This document shows positions 38,132-47,403 of a DNA stretch of 64,000 bases, one piece after another. This DNA comes from an uncultured delta proteobacterium (GTDB lineage: Bacteria > Myxococcota_A > Polyangia > Polyangiales > Polyangiaceae). How positions within the stretch are numbered: position 1 is the stretch's first letter; every line of letters begins with the position of its first letter. Location: NCBI GenBank assembly GCA_963850305.1, contig CAWKKR010000004.1, positions 384,001 to 448,000 on the forward strand, read 5' to 3'. The notes under the pieces are model-generated. The model worked only from the letters and a program-made list of their open reading frames with translations. It made no database searches and had not been told where the DNA came from. The position numbers and the translations under genes were made by a program.

Positions 38132-39157
38132 CTACGGCGAAGGTATCCGCTCGCGTTCCTCGAGCGGCTCCGTCTTGGTGGAATCGTGGAGGTCGAAGTT
38201 CCACGCGAAGAGGGCGTACACGAAAGACTGCACGACACCGCGCGCCTCGGGGGCCACCGGCGCCTCGTCGTCCGCGGTGGTGCTGAGCGGCATGTCGCGT
38301 TCGTACGCAAGGTGCACCTCGAACGGCGCGCGATGAAAGATGAGCTCGGGCGTGAAGTCGAGCTCCGACGGCGCGAACGGACGATCGCCGCGATCGGTGA
38401 ACATCGTCGCGTCGAGCGCGACGGCGAGCACATCGTCGTAAACGGAGAGCTGCGAGTGAATCGCATAACGAAACAGCGCCCGCCCGGAGTTGTCGGGGCG
38501 TGCCGCGTACGACGGATTCAGGGCAAAATAGCCGAGCATGAGCCACCCTGAAATATCGCCGCGAGCGAGAGCCCGTCGCAGATCGGGGGCGAGCGCCGAA
38601 AGCGAATAGAGGTATCGCGCGCGAGCATCCACGTAGGTCTGGGTGCAAAGGCCGCCCCGACCGCAGGCGACGCCGCCCACACTGGCGAGCTCGGACGTCT
38701 GGGTGGGCCCTACCTGCGCATCGTGTTCCAGACGGCTCGCGAGCTCCAGCGCTCCCGGACCGAGCGGCCACGTCGACGTGACGCCGCTGATGAAGTCGAG
38801 CTCCGTCGGCACGAGCGCTTTCGCGCCGCCGAGCTTGCGGTCGGTGAACATGTTGACGTCGATGGGAATCGAGAGCCGGCGTCCGATGAGATCGACGTCG
38901 GAGTGCAGGGCATAGCGCATGAGCGTGAGCCCCGTGTTGTCGGGGCGCGCCGCGTAAGTCGGGTTGTAGAGGGAGACGCCGAGCGTCGCGGACCCGCTGA
39001 CGTCGAAGCCGGAGTTCGAGCCCGCGATATCCCCGTCGTGCGCGCTCCCCTGCTTGTCGAGCGCCCGACACGGGCTCGCCGCGAGCACCAGGATCACGGC
39101 CGACGAGAGCGCGAACGCGGACGCGCGGATGGAGCGCTGCCTGGACGAGGGAGACAT
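38132..39157 (-). CDS. Secreted protein with internal duplication, probable beta-barrel
   Basis: Signal peptide; NP(T/S)YAARPDN(T/S)G...RYA.H...MFTDR...P(T/S)ELDF occurs twice. Confidence 0.7.
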   Translation of the reverse strand: MSPSSRQRSIRASAFALSSAVILVLAASPCRALDKQGSAHDGDIAGSNSGFDVSGSATLGVSLYNPTYAARPDNTGLTLMRYALHSDVDLIGRRLSIPIDVNMFTDRKLGGAKALVPTELDFISGVTSTWPLGPGALELASRLEHDAQVGPTQTSELASVGGVACGRGGLCTQTYVDARARYLYSLSALAPDLRRALARGDISGWLMLGYFALNPSYAARPDNSGRALFRYAIHSQLSVYDDVLAVALDATMFTDRGDRPFAPSELDFTPELIFHRAPFEVHLAYERDMPLSTTADDEAPVAPEARGVVQSFVYALFAWNFDLHDSTKTEPLEERERIPSP

Positions 39158-39172
39158 GGGGGCGCGCGCCTT

Positions 39173-40576
39173 CTACCTGAACCACTGACTCGGAGGTGGA
39201 ATGTAGATCCCGCCGGGGCCGGTTCGCCGATGATGGTCTTCCTGACGGCGCTCGTAGCGCCGGGCGTGCGCTCTGTCGGGGCGCGGTCGCCCCGTGGCGG
39301 TCTCGGACTCCGTGCTCGGAGCCGCACTCGGCGCCGTCGAGTCGGTCGCGCTCGCGGAGGGAGCTAGCTCGGCGGACGGAGCTGGCAATCCGAGCGCAGA
39401 CGGCACGGGCGCCGAGGGCTCGAGGACCGGCGCGGCGGTCGCGCTCGACGTCGGCGCGACGTCAGCGCTTCCCTCGTGCGGCCCAGCGGCGCCGCGTGAG
39501 CGATAGATCGCACCGAGCGCGAGGATCGCCGCCACGGCACCCGCGGCGATGAGCGCCCCTCTGCGCTTCGAATGCACCGGTGGGGCCACCGCGGACGACG
39601 CGTCGAAAGTCGTGGCTGCCGTCGCGAGCGGCGCGGCTGGCGGCCCGCCGAGGGGCGAGCTTCGAACTCCCACGACGGATACCGGGTGCGCTTCGAACAC
39701 GCCCATGCTCCCCCGGAGCCGCCCCAGTTCCGCGGAGAGCTCGGCAGCCGTCTGAATGCGTGCATCCGGCTTCTGCGCCAGCAGTCGCTGGATGAGCTCG
39801 AACACGTCCGGGGGCACGCCGGGCAGCGGGGGGACGGCCTCGGTCAGCTGTTTCGCGACGATCTGGGCAGGCTCCTCTGCCGTGAAGGGGCAATGCCCGG
39901 CCAGTATCTCGTAGAGCACGATGCCGCACGAGTAGAGGTCGGCACGAAGGTCCACGGCGAGCCCGAGCGCTTGCTCGGGCGCCATGTAGCCCGCGGTTCC
40001 CATGACGGTCCCGAACCGGGTCAGGTTGCGTGCCGGTTCCGCTGCCTCCGGAGCGCCGGACACCTTCGCGATCCCGAAATCCAGCACCTTCACGACCTCG
40101 CGGCCGTCGGGCTGCGGGACGAGCATCACGTTGTCGGGCTTCAGGTCGCGATGAACGACGCCCGCGGCATGGGCGGCGACCAGGGCCTCGGCGACCTGGT
40201 GCGCAATCCCCAGGGCCCGTGCCGGGTCGAGCGGCCCCTGCTCGACGAGCGACCGCAAGCTATGGCCCGCGACGTATTCGAGAGCCAGGTAAAAAGAGCC
40301 GTCCGGGAGACGCCCGAAGTCCATCGCTGCCGCGACGTTCGGGTGGTCGATGCGCGCGGCCGCGACCGCTTCGCGCTCGAACCGCGCCGCGATCTCGCCG
40401 TTCCCGCTCATCTCGGCGTGCAGCACCTTCACCGCCACGGCCTTCTTCATCAGGACGTGTTCGGCGAGATAGACGGACCCCATGCCGCCGGACCCGAGGA
40501 GTCGCTCGACGCGGTACCTGCCGGCGAGCACGGTGCCGACGAGGGCATGATCCTGGGGACTCGGGTCTTCGCTCAT
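39173..40576 (-). CDS. Membrane Ser/Thr protein kinase
   Basis: GSGGMG, VAVK, HRDLKPDN, DFG and YMAPE; TM helix; C-terminal GPGGIYIPPPSQWF. Confidence 0.93.
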   Translation of the reverse strand: MSEDPSPQDHALVGTVLAGRYRVERLLGSGGMGSVYLAEHVLMKKAVAVKVLHAEMSGNGEIAARFEREAVAAARIDHPNVAAAMDFGRLPDGSFYLALEYVAGHSLRSLVEQGPLDPARALGIAHQVAEALVAAHAAGVVHRDLKPDNVMLVPQPDGREVVKVLDFGIAKVSGAPEAAEPARNLTRFGTVMGTAGYMAPEQALGLAVDLRADLYSCGIVLYEILAGHCPFTAEEPAQIVAKQLTEAVPPLPGVPPDVFELIQRLLAQKPDARIQTAAELSAELGRLRGSMGVFEAHPVSVVGVRSSPLGGPPAAPLATAATTFDASSAVAPPVHSKRRGALIAAGAVAAILALGAIYRSRGAAGPHEGSADVAPTSSATAAPVLEPSAPVPSALGLPAPSAELAPSASATDSTAPSAAPSTESETATGRPRPDRAHARRYERRQEDHHRRTGPGGIYIPPPSQWFR

Positions 40577-40654
40577 CGCCGACAAGGCCATTCTGGCCCG
40601 AACGGAGATAGGTTACCCTCGAATCTCCGAGGGTCTCAGGAAGAAAGGTTCACG

Positions 40655-40753
40655 ATGGCAAAGGGACAAGAGAAAAAGAAAAAGAACAACGCGCCGAAGC
40701 TCAGCATCGACGAGAAGAAGAAGAAAAAGAAAGAAAAGGCCGCCGCAAAGTAG
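40655..40753 (+). CDS. 32-aa Lys-rich small protein
   Basis: MAKGQEKKKKNNAPKLSIDEKKKKKKEKAAAK*, with AGGAAGAAAGG upstream. A-rich composition stands out from the background. Confidence 0.7.
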   Translation: MAKGQEKKKKNNAPKLSIDEKKKKKKEKAAAK

Positions 40754-40790
40754 TCGCATCGACGACAGTGCCGTCATGAATGAAAACCGC

Positions 40791-41000
40791 TTGGTCCCGG
40801 CGATTCACGGCCCGCTCGCGCAGCGAGCCCGCCGAAGGCGGCAGGGGGAGCGGTCGCGAAGCAAGCCGCGGGGGGCAAAGGCCCCCCCGGGACCCAAGGC
40901 GCGGTTGCGAAGCAAGCCGCGGGGGGCAAAGGCCCCCCCGGGACCCAAGGCGCGGTTGCGAAGCAAGCCGCGGGGGCGGGTCACGTGGGTCACGCCCCCC
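40791..41000. repeat. Structured REP/MITE-like element with internal 51-bp tandem duplication
   Basis: 40791-40897 matches 45511-45616. 51-bp units start at 40850, 40901 and 40952 (partial). Several hairpins. Confidence 0.85.
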
Positions 41001-41013
41001 AAAAACCAATCGA

Positions 41014-41454
41014 TCAGCTGAAGTTCATGTTGAACCAGCCCTGCTGCGTGAGGGCAAACATCATGTCGCCCGCGAGCTTCAGCTTGCCACTGAAGAACGC
41101 CTGCTGGCCATTGAGCTTCCCGGTGACGATCCTGAGAAAGTCCGGCAGCGCGAGGGTGAGCGTCACGCGCGACGGCTGCTCCGAGCCTGCCTTCACGTCG
41201 CAAGTGCCGTTGGCGACGATCACCTGGTACTTGTGGCTCTGGCCCTGCGCCTGGACATCCCACTGAATGATGGCGCTCTGACCAGCGGCCTTGTTCGGCA
41301 AGAACTGGTCCTTCATCCCCTCGAACACCTTCGCGAGCGCGACCTCGACGCCGATGGCGGCCACTGCGTCGTTGATCTCGGTGTCGGAACGATCCTGGAT
41401 GAGGGCCGCGAGTTGTTTCGGGGTGCTGATGTCGGCTGCGTTGATGGCGGTCAT
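41014..41454 (-). CDS. SCP2 sterol-binding domain protein
   Basis: IQWDV and GKLNGQQAFFSGKLKLAGDM; AGGAG RBS before ATG 41454. Confidence 0.88.
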   Translation of the reverse strand: MTAINAADISTPKQLAALIQDRSDTEINDAVAAIGVEVALAKVFEGMKDQFLPNKAAGQSAIIQWDVQAQGQSHKYQVIVANGTCDVKAGSEQPSRVTLTLALPDFLRIVTGKLNGQQAFFSGKLKLAGDMMFALTQQGWFNMNFS

Positions 41455-41596
41455 CGGGGTCTCCTGTTTGGATTCGCGCCTGGGCGCGGGGGCAAAACCG
41501 TGACCCTTCCTACGCCTGCGAGCGAGTGCCGTCGCGGCCAAATCGACAACCCCGAGCGGCCAGCTCGGCTTTACGACAGCCAGACGGACCGGTAGC

Positions 41597-42628
41597 GTGG
41601 CGCCCGTGATCGGATCGGATCGCGGCGAATTCGAGACGATTTCGCTGCGTCTCGTCCAGCCGTTCACGCGGGCACTCGCAGCGGCTGGCATCGACCCTTC
41701 CAGGCTGCTCGCGGGGCTGCCCCTCGACGCGGCGCTGTTCCTGGACCCGGACGGACGGATCTCCCAGGAGCTCGCGATGCGATTGCTGGAGCGCGCCGTC
41801 GAAGCCTCGGGCGACGACGCCATCGGCATCCATGCTGCGGAACTGCTGCGCCCTGGTGACTTCGACGCGCTCGAGTATGTGGCGAGATCGAGTCAGACGC
41901 TGAGGGGCGCGCTCGAAACGGTGGGCCGCTACATCCGCCTCATGCACGAAGCGGCGAGCTGCTCGCTCGCACGCGCCGGGGAGGCGGAGGTGTGGACGCT
42001 GCATCTCCCCGCCGGGCACCCGCGCGTCGCCGCCGAGTACGCGTTCGCGGCGATCATTCTCACGGGAAGGTCCGTCACGGGACGCAACCAGACGCCAAAG
42101 GCGGTGCGCCTCGCCTTCCCGAAGCCCGCCGTGACGGCGGAGCAGGAGCGCCTGTTCCGTTGCCCCATCGAGTGGGACGCCCAGGAGACGTCCCTGGTGT
42201 TCGAATCCACGCAGCTCGACTGGTCGCTCGCGCAAGCGAACCCGGCGCTCTCCGCGACCCTGCACCGACACGCCGAGCAGCTCCTCGCCGACCTCGCCGC
42301 GTCACGCAAGTTCTCGACGCGCGTGCGCGAGCACGTGATCGCGGTGCTACAAGCCGGCGAACCGAGCGCCGACGACGTGGCCGCTCGTCTCAAGGTGAGC
42401 GAGCGTACGCTTCGGCGGCGGCTGAAGGACGAGGGCACCACCTACACCGACCTCCTGTCCGACGTGCGCCGGGAGCTGTCGCTTCGATATCTGCACGAAC
42501 CGAGCGTGTCGGTCGCCGAAATAGCTTTTCTCCTCGGCTTCTCGAACGCGAGCGGCTTTCACCGCGCGTTCCGGCGCTGGACCGGGACGACGCCGTCGGA
42601 ACACCGGAAGCGCGGGGCGAGAAGTTGA
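41597..42628 (+). CDS. AraC family transcriptional regulator
   Basis: N-terminal ligand-binding domain plus HTH VSERTLRRRL...EIAFLLGFS...FHRAFRRWTG. Confidence 0.92.
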   Translation: MAPVIGSDRGEFETISLRLVQPFTRALAAAGIDPSRLLAGLPLDAALFLDPDGRISQELAMRLLERAVEASGDDAIGIHAAELLRPGDFDALEYVARSSQTLRGALETVGRYIRLMHEAASCSLARAGEAEVWTLHLPAGHPRVAAEYAFAAIILTGRSVTGRNQTPKAVRLAFPKPAVTAEQERLFRCPIEWDAQETSLVFESTQLDWSLAQANPALSATLHRHAEQLLADLAASRKFSTRVREHVIAVLQAGEPSADDVAARLKVSERTLRRRLKDEGTTYTDLLSDVRRELSLRYLHEPSVSVAEIAFLLGFSNASGFHRAFRRWTGTTPSEHRKRGARS

Positions 42629-42652
42629 GCCGGCGCTGGCGGCATTCGCGGT

Positions 42653-43705
42653 ATGCTGCCAGGTGGAATGCGGCGGTGGCTCGCGGTGAGCGCGTGGTGC
42701 GCGGTCGTGTTCTCCTTGCAAAAGAGAGGACGCGCGGACGAAGAGCCGCCTTTCCTCATCGCGCTCGACACCTGCGATGAACTGAACGAGGCGGACGTGC
42801 GACGGATCACCGCTGCCGAGCTCGGGGCGCGCCCGACGACGGAGCCGGGCCTCGACGTGACGGTGGTCAACGTCACGTGCACGGGCGCGCGCGTGACGAT
42901 CCGGGTGCATGACCCTTTGAGCCGAAAAAACGTGCGAAGGTCATTCGACCTCGAGCTCTCGGATCCGCGGGCACGCGACCGGCTCGTGTCCTTGGCGGCG
43001 ACGGAGCTCGTTCTCGCGAGCTGGGCGGAGCTGCAAGCGAGTCCCAAGCTTCGCGTCGAGCCCGAAGGACCGAAACCTCCGCCCGCGACGGTCCACGCTG
43101 CGCAGAGGATCGCGCAAGAACGCGTTCCCTATGTGCCCAAGATCATCACCTGGGCGGACGAGGAGACCCCCGCGGACCGTATGTTCCGCATCGTCGGCCT
43201 GGTCTCGACGCGGTCGTTCTTCGGACATGGCGGCGCGCTCTGGGGCGGCGGCGTTCGGGTCGGGGAAGAACGGTTTCGCTTCGTCGGCTGGTCCGCTGAC
43301 CTCCTGGTCGAGCGTGGAACTCTATCCGGTCCCGATGGCCCCTACGACGTGTTCACCACGACCCTGGGAGGCGGGTTGTTCGCGGCGCTGCAAACTCGTT
43401 TCGTGACAGCGCGTCTCGGTGCGGGCCTGCGGCTGGGCACGGCGAGTGCGACGCTCCGCGGCGATCCGAGCGCGGGCTCCGCGCTCGTGCCCTGGGGCTG
43501 GCCGCTCGGGGGTGCTCAGCTTTCATTCCGCCTGGCATCCTCGTTGGTCCTCGATCTGGCGGGCGAGGGCGGCTACGCTGTGTTGCCGCTCGGCGACAAC
43601 GCGGAGCACAGTCTCTCGGGCGGATGGTATTCGCTGCAGGCGGGCCTCGGGTTCGTGCCTTTCCCACCGGCGTCGGCGTCCTCGGCGGACGCGCCGGAAG
43701 ATTAG
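42653..43705 (+). CDS. Exported protein with probable C-terminal beta-barrel (partner of ECF/FecR pair)
   Basis: Signal peptide; RLVSLAATELVLASW resembles TVLAVRTVELLRASL of 6291..7373; Gly/aromatic strands. Confidence 0.6.
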   Translation: MLPGGMRRWLAVSAWCAVVFSLQKRGRADEEPPFLIALDTCDELNEADVRRITAAELGARPTTEPGLDVTVVNVTCTGARVTIRVHDPLSRKNVRRSFDLELSDPRARDRLVSLAATELVLASWAELQASPKLRVEPEGPKPPPATVHAAQRIAQERVPYVPKIITWADEETPADRMFRIVGLVSTRSFFGHGGALWGGGVRVGEERFRFVGWSADLLVERGTLSGPDGPYDVFTTTLGGGLFAALQTRFVTARLGAGLRLGTASATLRGDPSAGSALVPWGWPLGGAQLSFRLASSLVLDLAGEGGYAVLPLGDNAEHSLSGGWYSLQAGLGFVPFPPASASSADAPED

Positions 43706-43795
43706 GCGCCCGGCGAGACAAAAGACGCCGTCTTCGGCGCAGAAGAACGACGAATGAGCCGTTTCCGGAACCCGCGTCCACTGAGAGACGGACCC

Positions 43796-44347
43796 ATGCC
43801 CGGCGACCCTCCGGCCCTCCACGTCGTCGCGTCGCTGGACGCTTCGGCGGGCGATTCCGCGATGGACCTGGACGCCCTGTTTCGCCGGTACGCGTCGTAT
43901 GTCGCCGCCGTCGCACACCGTCTCCTCGGCCGCGACGACGACGTGGACGACACGGTTCAAGACGTGTTCGTCGCCGCCGTGCGCGGACTGCACAACATCC
44001 GGGACCCGAACGCCGTGAAGGCGTGGCTCGCGCGCATTGCGGTTCGCTCGGCCCGGCGACGGCTCCAGAAGCGCCGCGTGCGCTCGTTTCTCGGGCTCGA
44101 CGAGCCGTCGGTGTACGCCGAGGTCACGGACCGCTCGGCGAATCCGGAGCAGAAGGCGCTGCTGAGCCGCGTCTACCGGGTGCTCGAGGGCATCCCGGTG
44201 AACGAACGCATCGCCTGGACGCTTCGCTTCGTGGAAGGGGAACCGCTCGAAAACGTGGCGCAGCTCTCCGGGTGCTCCCTCGCGACGGCCAAGCGCCGCA
44301 TTGCGTCCGCGTCGAGGACGATCGAAGGGGCGTTTGCCGATGTCTGA
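43796..44347 (+). CDS. ECF-type RNA polymerase sigma factor
   Basis: DDTVQDVF, AWLARIA and FVEGEPLENVAQLSGCSLATAKRRI. Start is 43796 or 43754. Confidence 0.9.
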   Translation: MPGDPPALHVVASLDASAGDSAMDLDALFRRYASYVAAVAHRLLGRDDDVDDTVQDVFVAAVRGLHNIRDPNAVKAWLARIAVRSARRRLQKRRVRSFLGLDEPSVYAEVTDRSANPEQKALLSRVYRVLEGIPVNERIAWTLRFVEGEPLENVAQLSGCSLATAKRRIASASRTIEGAFADV

Positions 44348-45497
44348 GCTCGCCAAGCGTGTCGAGGAAGCGCGCGGGCACGTCGTGCCCGAATGGACGC
44401 CCGCGCGTGAGCGAGAAGTGCGCGACCGCGCGGAACGCGAGCTCGGACGCGCATGGCGAAGACGCGCGACCGGCGTCGCGCTCGCGGCGCTGGTCGCGTG
44501 CGCCGTCGGCCTCCTGCTCGTCTGGAATCACGCCGTGCGTCGGGCGCCGCAAGCGCCGCCGGTCGCGGTGGTCGCGCCCGCGTCGCCGGACCTCCTGCAC
44601 ATGGAAGACGGCACCGTCGTCACCGCGACGACGAGCGGCGCGCAGGTGGAACCCATTGAAGTCGCTCCACACTCGGTCGCGGTCCGGCTCGCGTCGGGCG
44701 GCGCGCGTTTCTCGGTGACGCCGAATCCGGAGCGGACCTTCCGCGTCGTGGCAAAGAACGTGACCGTGACGGTGCTGGGCACGGTGTTCACGGTCGACCT
44801 CGAAGCGGGAGGGGTGCGCGTCGGTGTGGAGCGAGGCAAGGTGCACGTCGCGTGGCCGTCCGGGGATCGCGTGCTCGCGGTCGGGGAACGCATGCTCGTG
44901 CGCGACGAGCCCGAACCTGCCCTGTCGAGCCCCATACCTGCGGACGCGACGCCGCCCCCGGACGCCGCCGCCACGCCCATGGCGCGCACGGGGCGCAACG
45001 CCGTCCATTCGCCGTCGGAACCGTCGTGGCGCGCGCTCGCGGATGAGGGCGCCTACGCGCGCGCATTCGCCCGGATGGACGCCGAGGGACCGAGTGCCGT
45101 CCATGACGAACCCGGCGATCTGCTCCTCGCCGCGGACGTCGCGCGCCTCGGCGGTCATCCCGAGAAGGCAGTGCCGCCCCTCGAGCGCGTGGTCAGCGCC
45201 CACGCTGACGATTCACGGGCGCCGCTCGCCGCGTTCACGCTCGGTCGGACGCTCCTCGATCAACTGGGACGACCGCGCGAAGCCGCCCAGGCCTTCGCCA
45301 CCGCGCGCCGCCTCGCGCCCCGCGGTGCGCTCGCCCAGGACGCGCTCGCACGCGAGGTCGAGGGCTGGTCTCGCGCCGGAGAGGCGTCCGTCGCGCACGA
45401 CCGCGCCGCGGAGTACGTGAAAGATTATCCGAATGGACGGCGGATAGCGGCAGTGAAGCAGCTCGGGTCGATCGACGAACCGCCCAGCGCGCCGTGA
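44340..45497 (+). CDS. FecR-domain anti-sigma factor with C-terminal TPR-like domain
   Basis: TM helix, VTVLGTVFTV...VERGKV and TPR-like AAFTLGR...YVKDYPNGR. Overlaps the sigma stop. Confidence 0.85.
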   Translation: MSELAKRVEEARGHVVPEWTPAREREVRDRAERELGRAWRRRATGVALAALVACAVGLLLVWNHAVRRAPQAPPVAVVAPASPDLLHMEDGTVVTATTSGAQVEPIEVAPHSVAVRLASGGARFSVTPNPERTFRVVAKNVTVTVLGTVFTVDLEAGGVRVGVERGKVHVAWPSGDRVLAVGERMLVRDEPEPALSSPIPADATPPPDAAATPMARTGRNAVHSPSEPSWRALADEGAYARAFARMDAEGPSAVHDEPGDLLLAADVARLGGHPEKAVPPLERVVSAHADDSRAPLAAFTLGRTLLDQLGRPREAAQAFATARRLAPRGALAQDALAREVEGWSRAGEASVAHDRAAEYVKDYPNGRRIAAVKQLGSIDEPPSAP

Positions 45498-45510
45498 TCA
45501 CCGACCCCGA

Positions 45511-45616
45511 TTGGTCCAGCCGATTCACGGCCCGCTCGCGGTGCGAGCCCGCCGAAGGCGGCGGGGGGAGCGGTTGCGAAGCAAGCCGCGGGGGGCAAAG
45601 GCCCCCCGGAACCCAA
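45511..45616. repeat. Second copy of the structured REP/MITE-like element
   Basis: Colinear with 40791-40897 (a few substitutions, one C fewer); lies between convergent genes. Confidence 0.85.
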
Positions 45617-45626
45617 TCCCACGCTC

Positions 45627-47285
45627 CTACTCCTCGGTTCCCCCCGGCACGAACGGGTACTCGATGCGCAGCGCGGCCCCGACGGTCCGCGCGTGAAACG
45701 ATTCCCCCGGACGTCGTCGCTCGAGAAACCATACCGCGCGCCCGCGCCGGGCATCCACGATGCGACCACTGACGAAGCCGTGGACGATGTCCATGTACCG
45801 GCCGATGGCGTCCGTCTGCCACACCGCGCGAACGACGTCCGCGTGATTCCTGAACGCGTTCGGCCGGCGCACGAGCGGTTGCATGGTGTGGAAGTATTCC
45901 GGATGAAGCTCCGGGTAGCACGCGGGGCAGGTCTTTCCGTAAATCGGATTCACTCCGGCGGTCGAGCCGCGCAGCGCGATCATGGCGTTGCAGAGGCCCC
46001 ACATCTCGATGGGCGCGGCCTCCGTGTAATAGGCCATGACGCCGCCGTAATCCGTGACGAGACGGCCGTGCGGTGGCACCACGAGCGAAAGGTAACTCGC
46101 GGCTTCCTTCAGACTGGCGACGTGCCGGGTCTGGTCGGCCGCGAGCGCGAGCTTCCCTCGCACATAGGGGTCGTCCGAGAGGTGGGGCTCGGCTTTTTCG
46201 ACCAGGAACGCGAACGTCGCGACGCCGGCCGCGCTCACGGCGAGGCGAACTGGAAGCGCTCGCTCGGCGACGACTGACCGAAGCTCGACGAGGGCCCACG
46301 CGATCAGGGCAATCAGCAGCGGCACCGCGGGCAACACGAAGCGTCCGGATGGCATCCAATCCCCGCCGACGCGCGCCGCGTACGCGAGCTGCACCAACGC
46401 GAAAGTGCCCGCGATGGCGGCCGGGCGATGACGGCGCCAGAGCAAGAACGCATACGCGGGCAACGCGAGGTAAAGGCCGGCGCTCGCGACTTCATCCATC
46501 ACGTACTCGGCGCCGTGGCGCGGCAAGAGCTCGGGAATGAGCGCCTTCGCGTAATACGTCGCGGGAAGCGGCAAGCCGTAATAGGCCCATTGCCAGACGA
46601 ACCACGCAACCCAGGGCACGACGCCGGGCAGGGCCCACTTCACGTACGCACGCACGTCGAGCCGCCGCTCGGTCCATGCCGCGACCTTTTCGACGACGAG
46701 CACGTACCCGAGCGGGATGAAGCCGTCGACTCGAGTGAGGGCCGCGGCGCCGAGAACGACGACGCTCCACCGCTTCGCGCGCGGGCTGTCGAGCCCGCGC
46801 ACGTAGAGCAAGAACCCCGTCGTGGTGAGCGCCACGTACGGGATCGTCTCGAGCCCGGATTCGAACGCCAGCACCACGTTCGTGCTGACCGCGAGCACGA
46901 GCGCCGCACCGATCGCGATGACCGCGTTCGCGCGCGTTTTCACGAGCCCATACGTCGACGCGAACAGCACCACGACGAACGGCACCGTGGCGATCCGCGC
47001 GAGCACGAGTGGATCGGTCGCCTTCGCGAACACGAGTTCCACCGCGACGACGACCATCCAGAGAAAGTTCGAATACCCCTCGACGCGAACGCCGTTGCCG
47101 TAGATCGGTCCCAGGCCACGCGCGAGGTTCTTCGAGAAGGAGAAGGTGATGTACGCGTCGTCGACCGCGAACGGCGGCGCGCCCCACACTTCCCATACGA
47201 ACACGCCGCACACCGCCACGAAGAGCGCGAACGAGAGCCACGCGGCACGGCCCTTCGGAAGGGTTCTCAGGATGACACCGGGCAT
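45627..47285 (-). CDS. GT-C fold membrane glycosyltransferase (AftB-like)
   Basis: VDDAYITF...NLARGLG...RVEGYSNFLW, LPATYYAK and GGDWMP.GRF; multiple TM segments. Confidence 0.75.
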   Translation of the reverse strand: MPGVILRTLPKGRAAWLSFALFVAVCGVFVWEVWGAPPFAVDDAYITFSFSKNLARGLGPIYGNGVRVEGYSNFLWMVVVAVELVFAKATDPLVLARIATVPFVVVLFASTYGLVKTRANAVIAIGAALVLAVSTNVVLAFESGLETIPYVALTTTGFLLYVRGLDSPRAKRWSVVVLGAAALTRVDGFIPLGYVLVVEKVAAWTERRLDVRAYVKWALPGVVPWVAWFVWQWAYYGLPLPATYYAKALIPELLPRHGAEYVMDEVASAGLYLALPAYAFLLWRRHRPAAIAGTFALVQLAYAARVGGDWMPSGRFVLPAVPLLIALIAWALVELRSVVAERALPVRLAVSAAGVATFAFLVEKAEPHLSDDPYVRGKLALAADQTRHVASLKEAASYLSLVVPPHGRLVTDYGGVMAYYTEAAPIEMWGLCNAMIALRGSTAGVNPIYGKTCPACYPELHPEYFHTMQPLVRRPNAFRNHADVVRAVWQTDAIGRYMDIVHGFVSGRIVDARRGRAVWFLERRRPGESFHARTVGAALRIEYPFVPGGTEE

Positions 47286-47403
47286 TTCGAGGCCGACGGA
47301 GAATCGCACAGTCCAGCCGGCTCGGGTTCGCGTTCCCTCTGGAAGTCCCCGTTTCGAGTACCAGGGCGCCGATTCACCCGGGTGAGCCCGCGCCGCACCG
47401 CGC

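Noticed and set aside
40850..41000. 51-bp palindromic repeats as a mini-CRISPR
   Set aside because: The sequence between hairpins is identical in each unit, so it is a tandem duplication of part of a dispersed element.
42626..42654. TGAGCC upstream of the second barrel gene as another ECF promoter
   Set aside because: The TGA is the AraC stop codon, and the sequence at N17 (CGGTAT) does not match the CGAC(T/C)A box; too weak to call.
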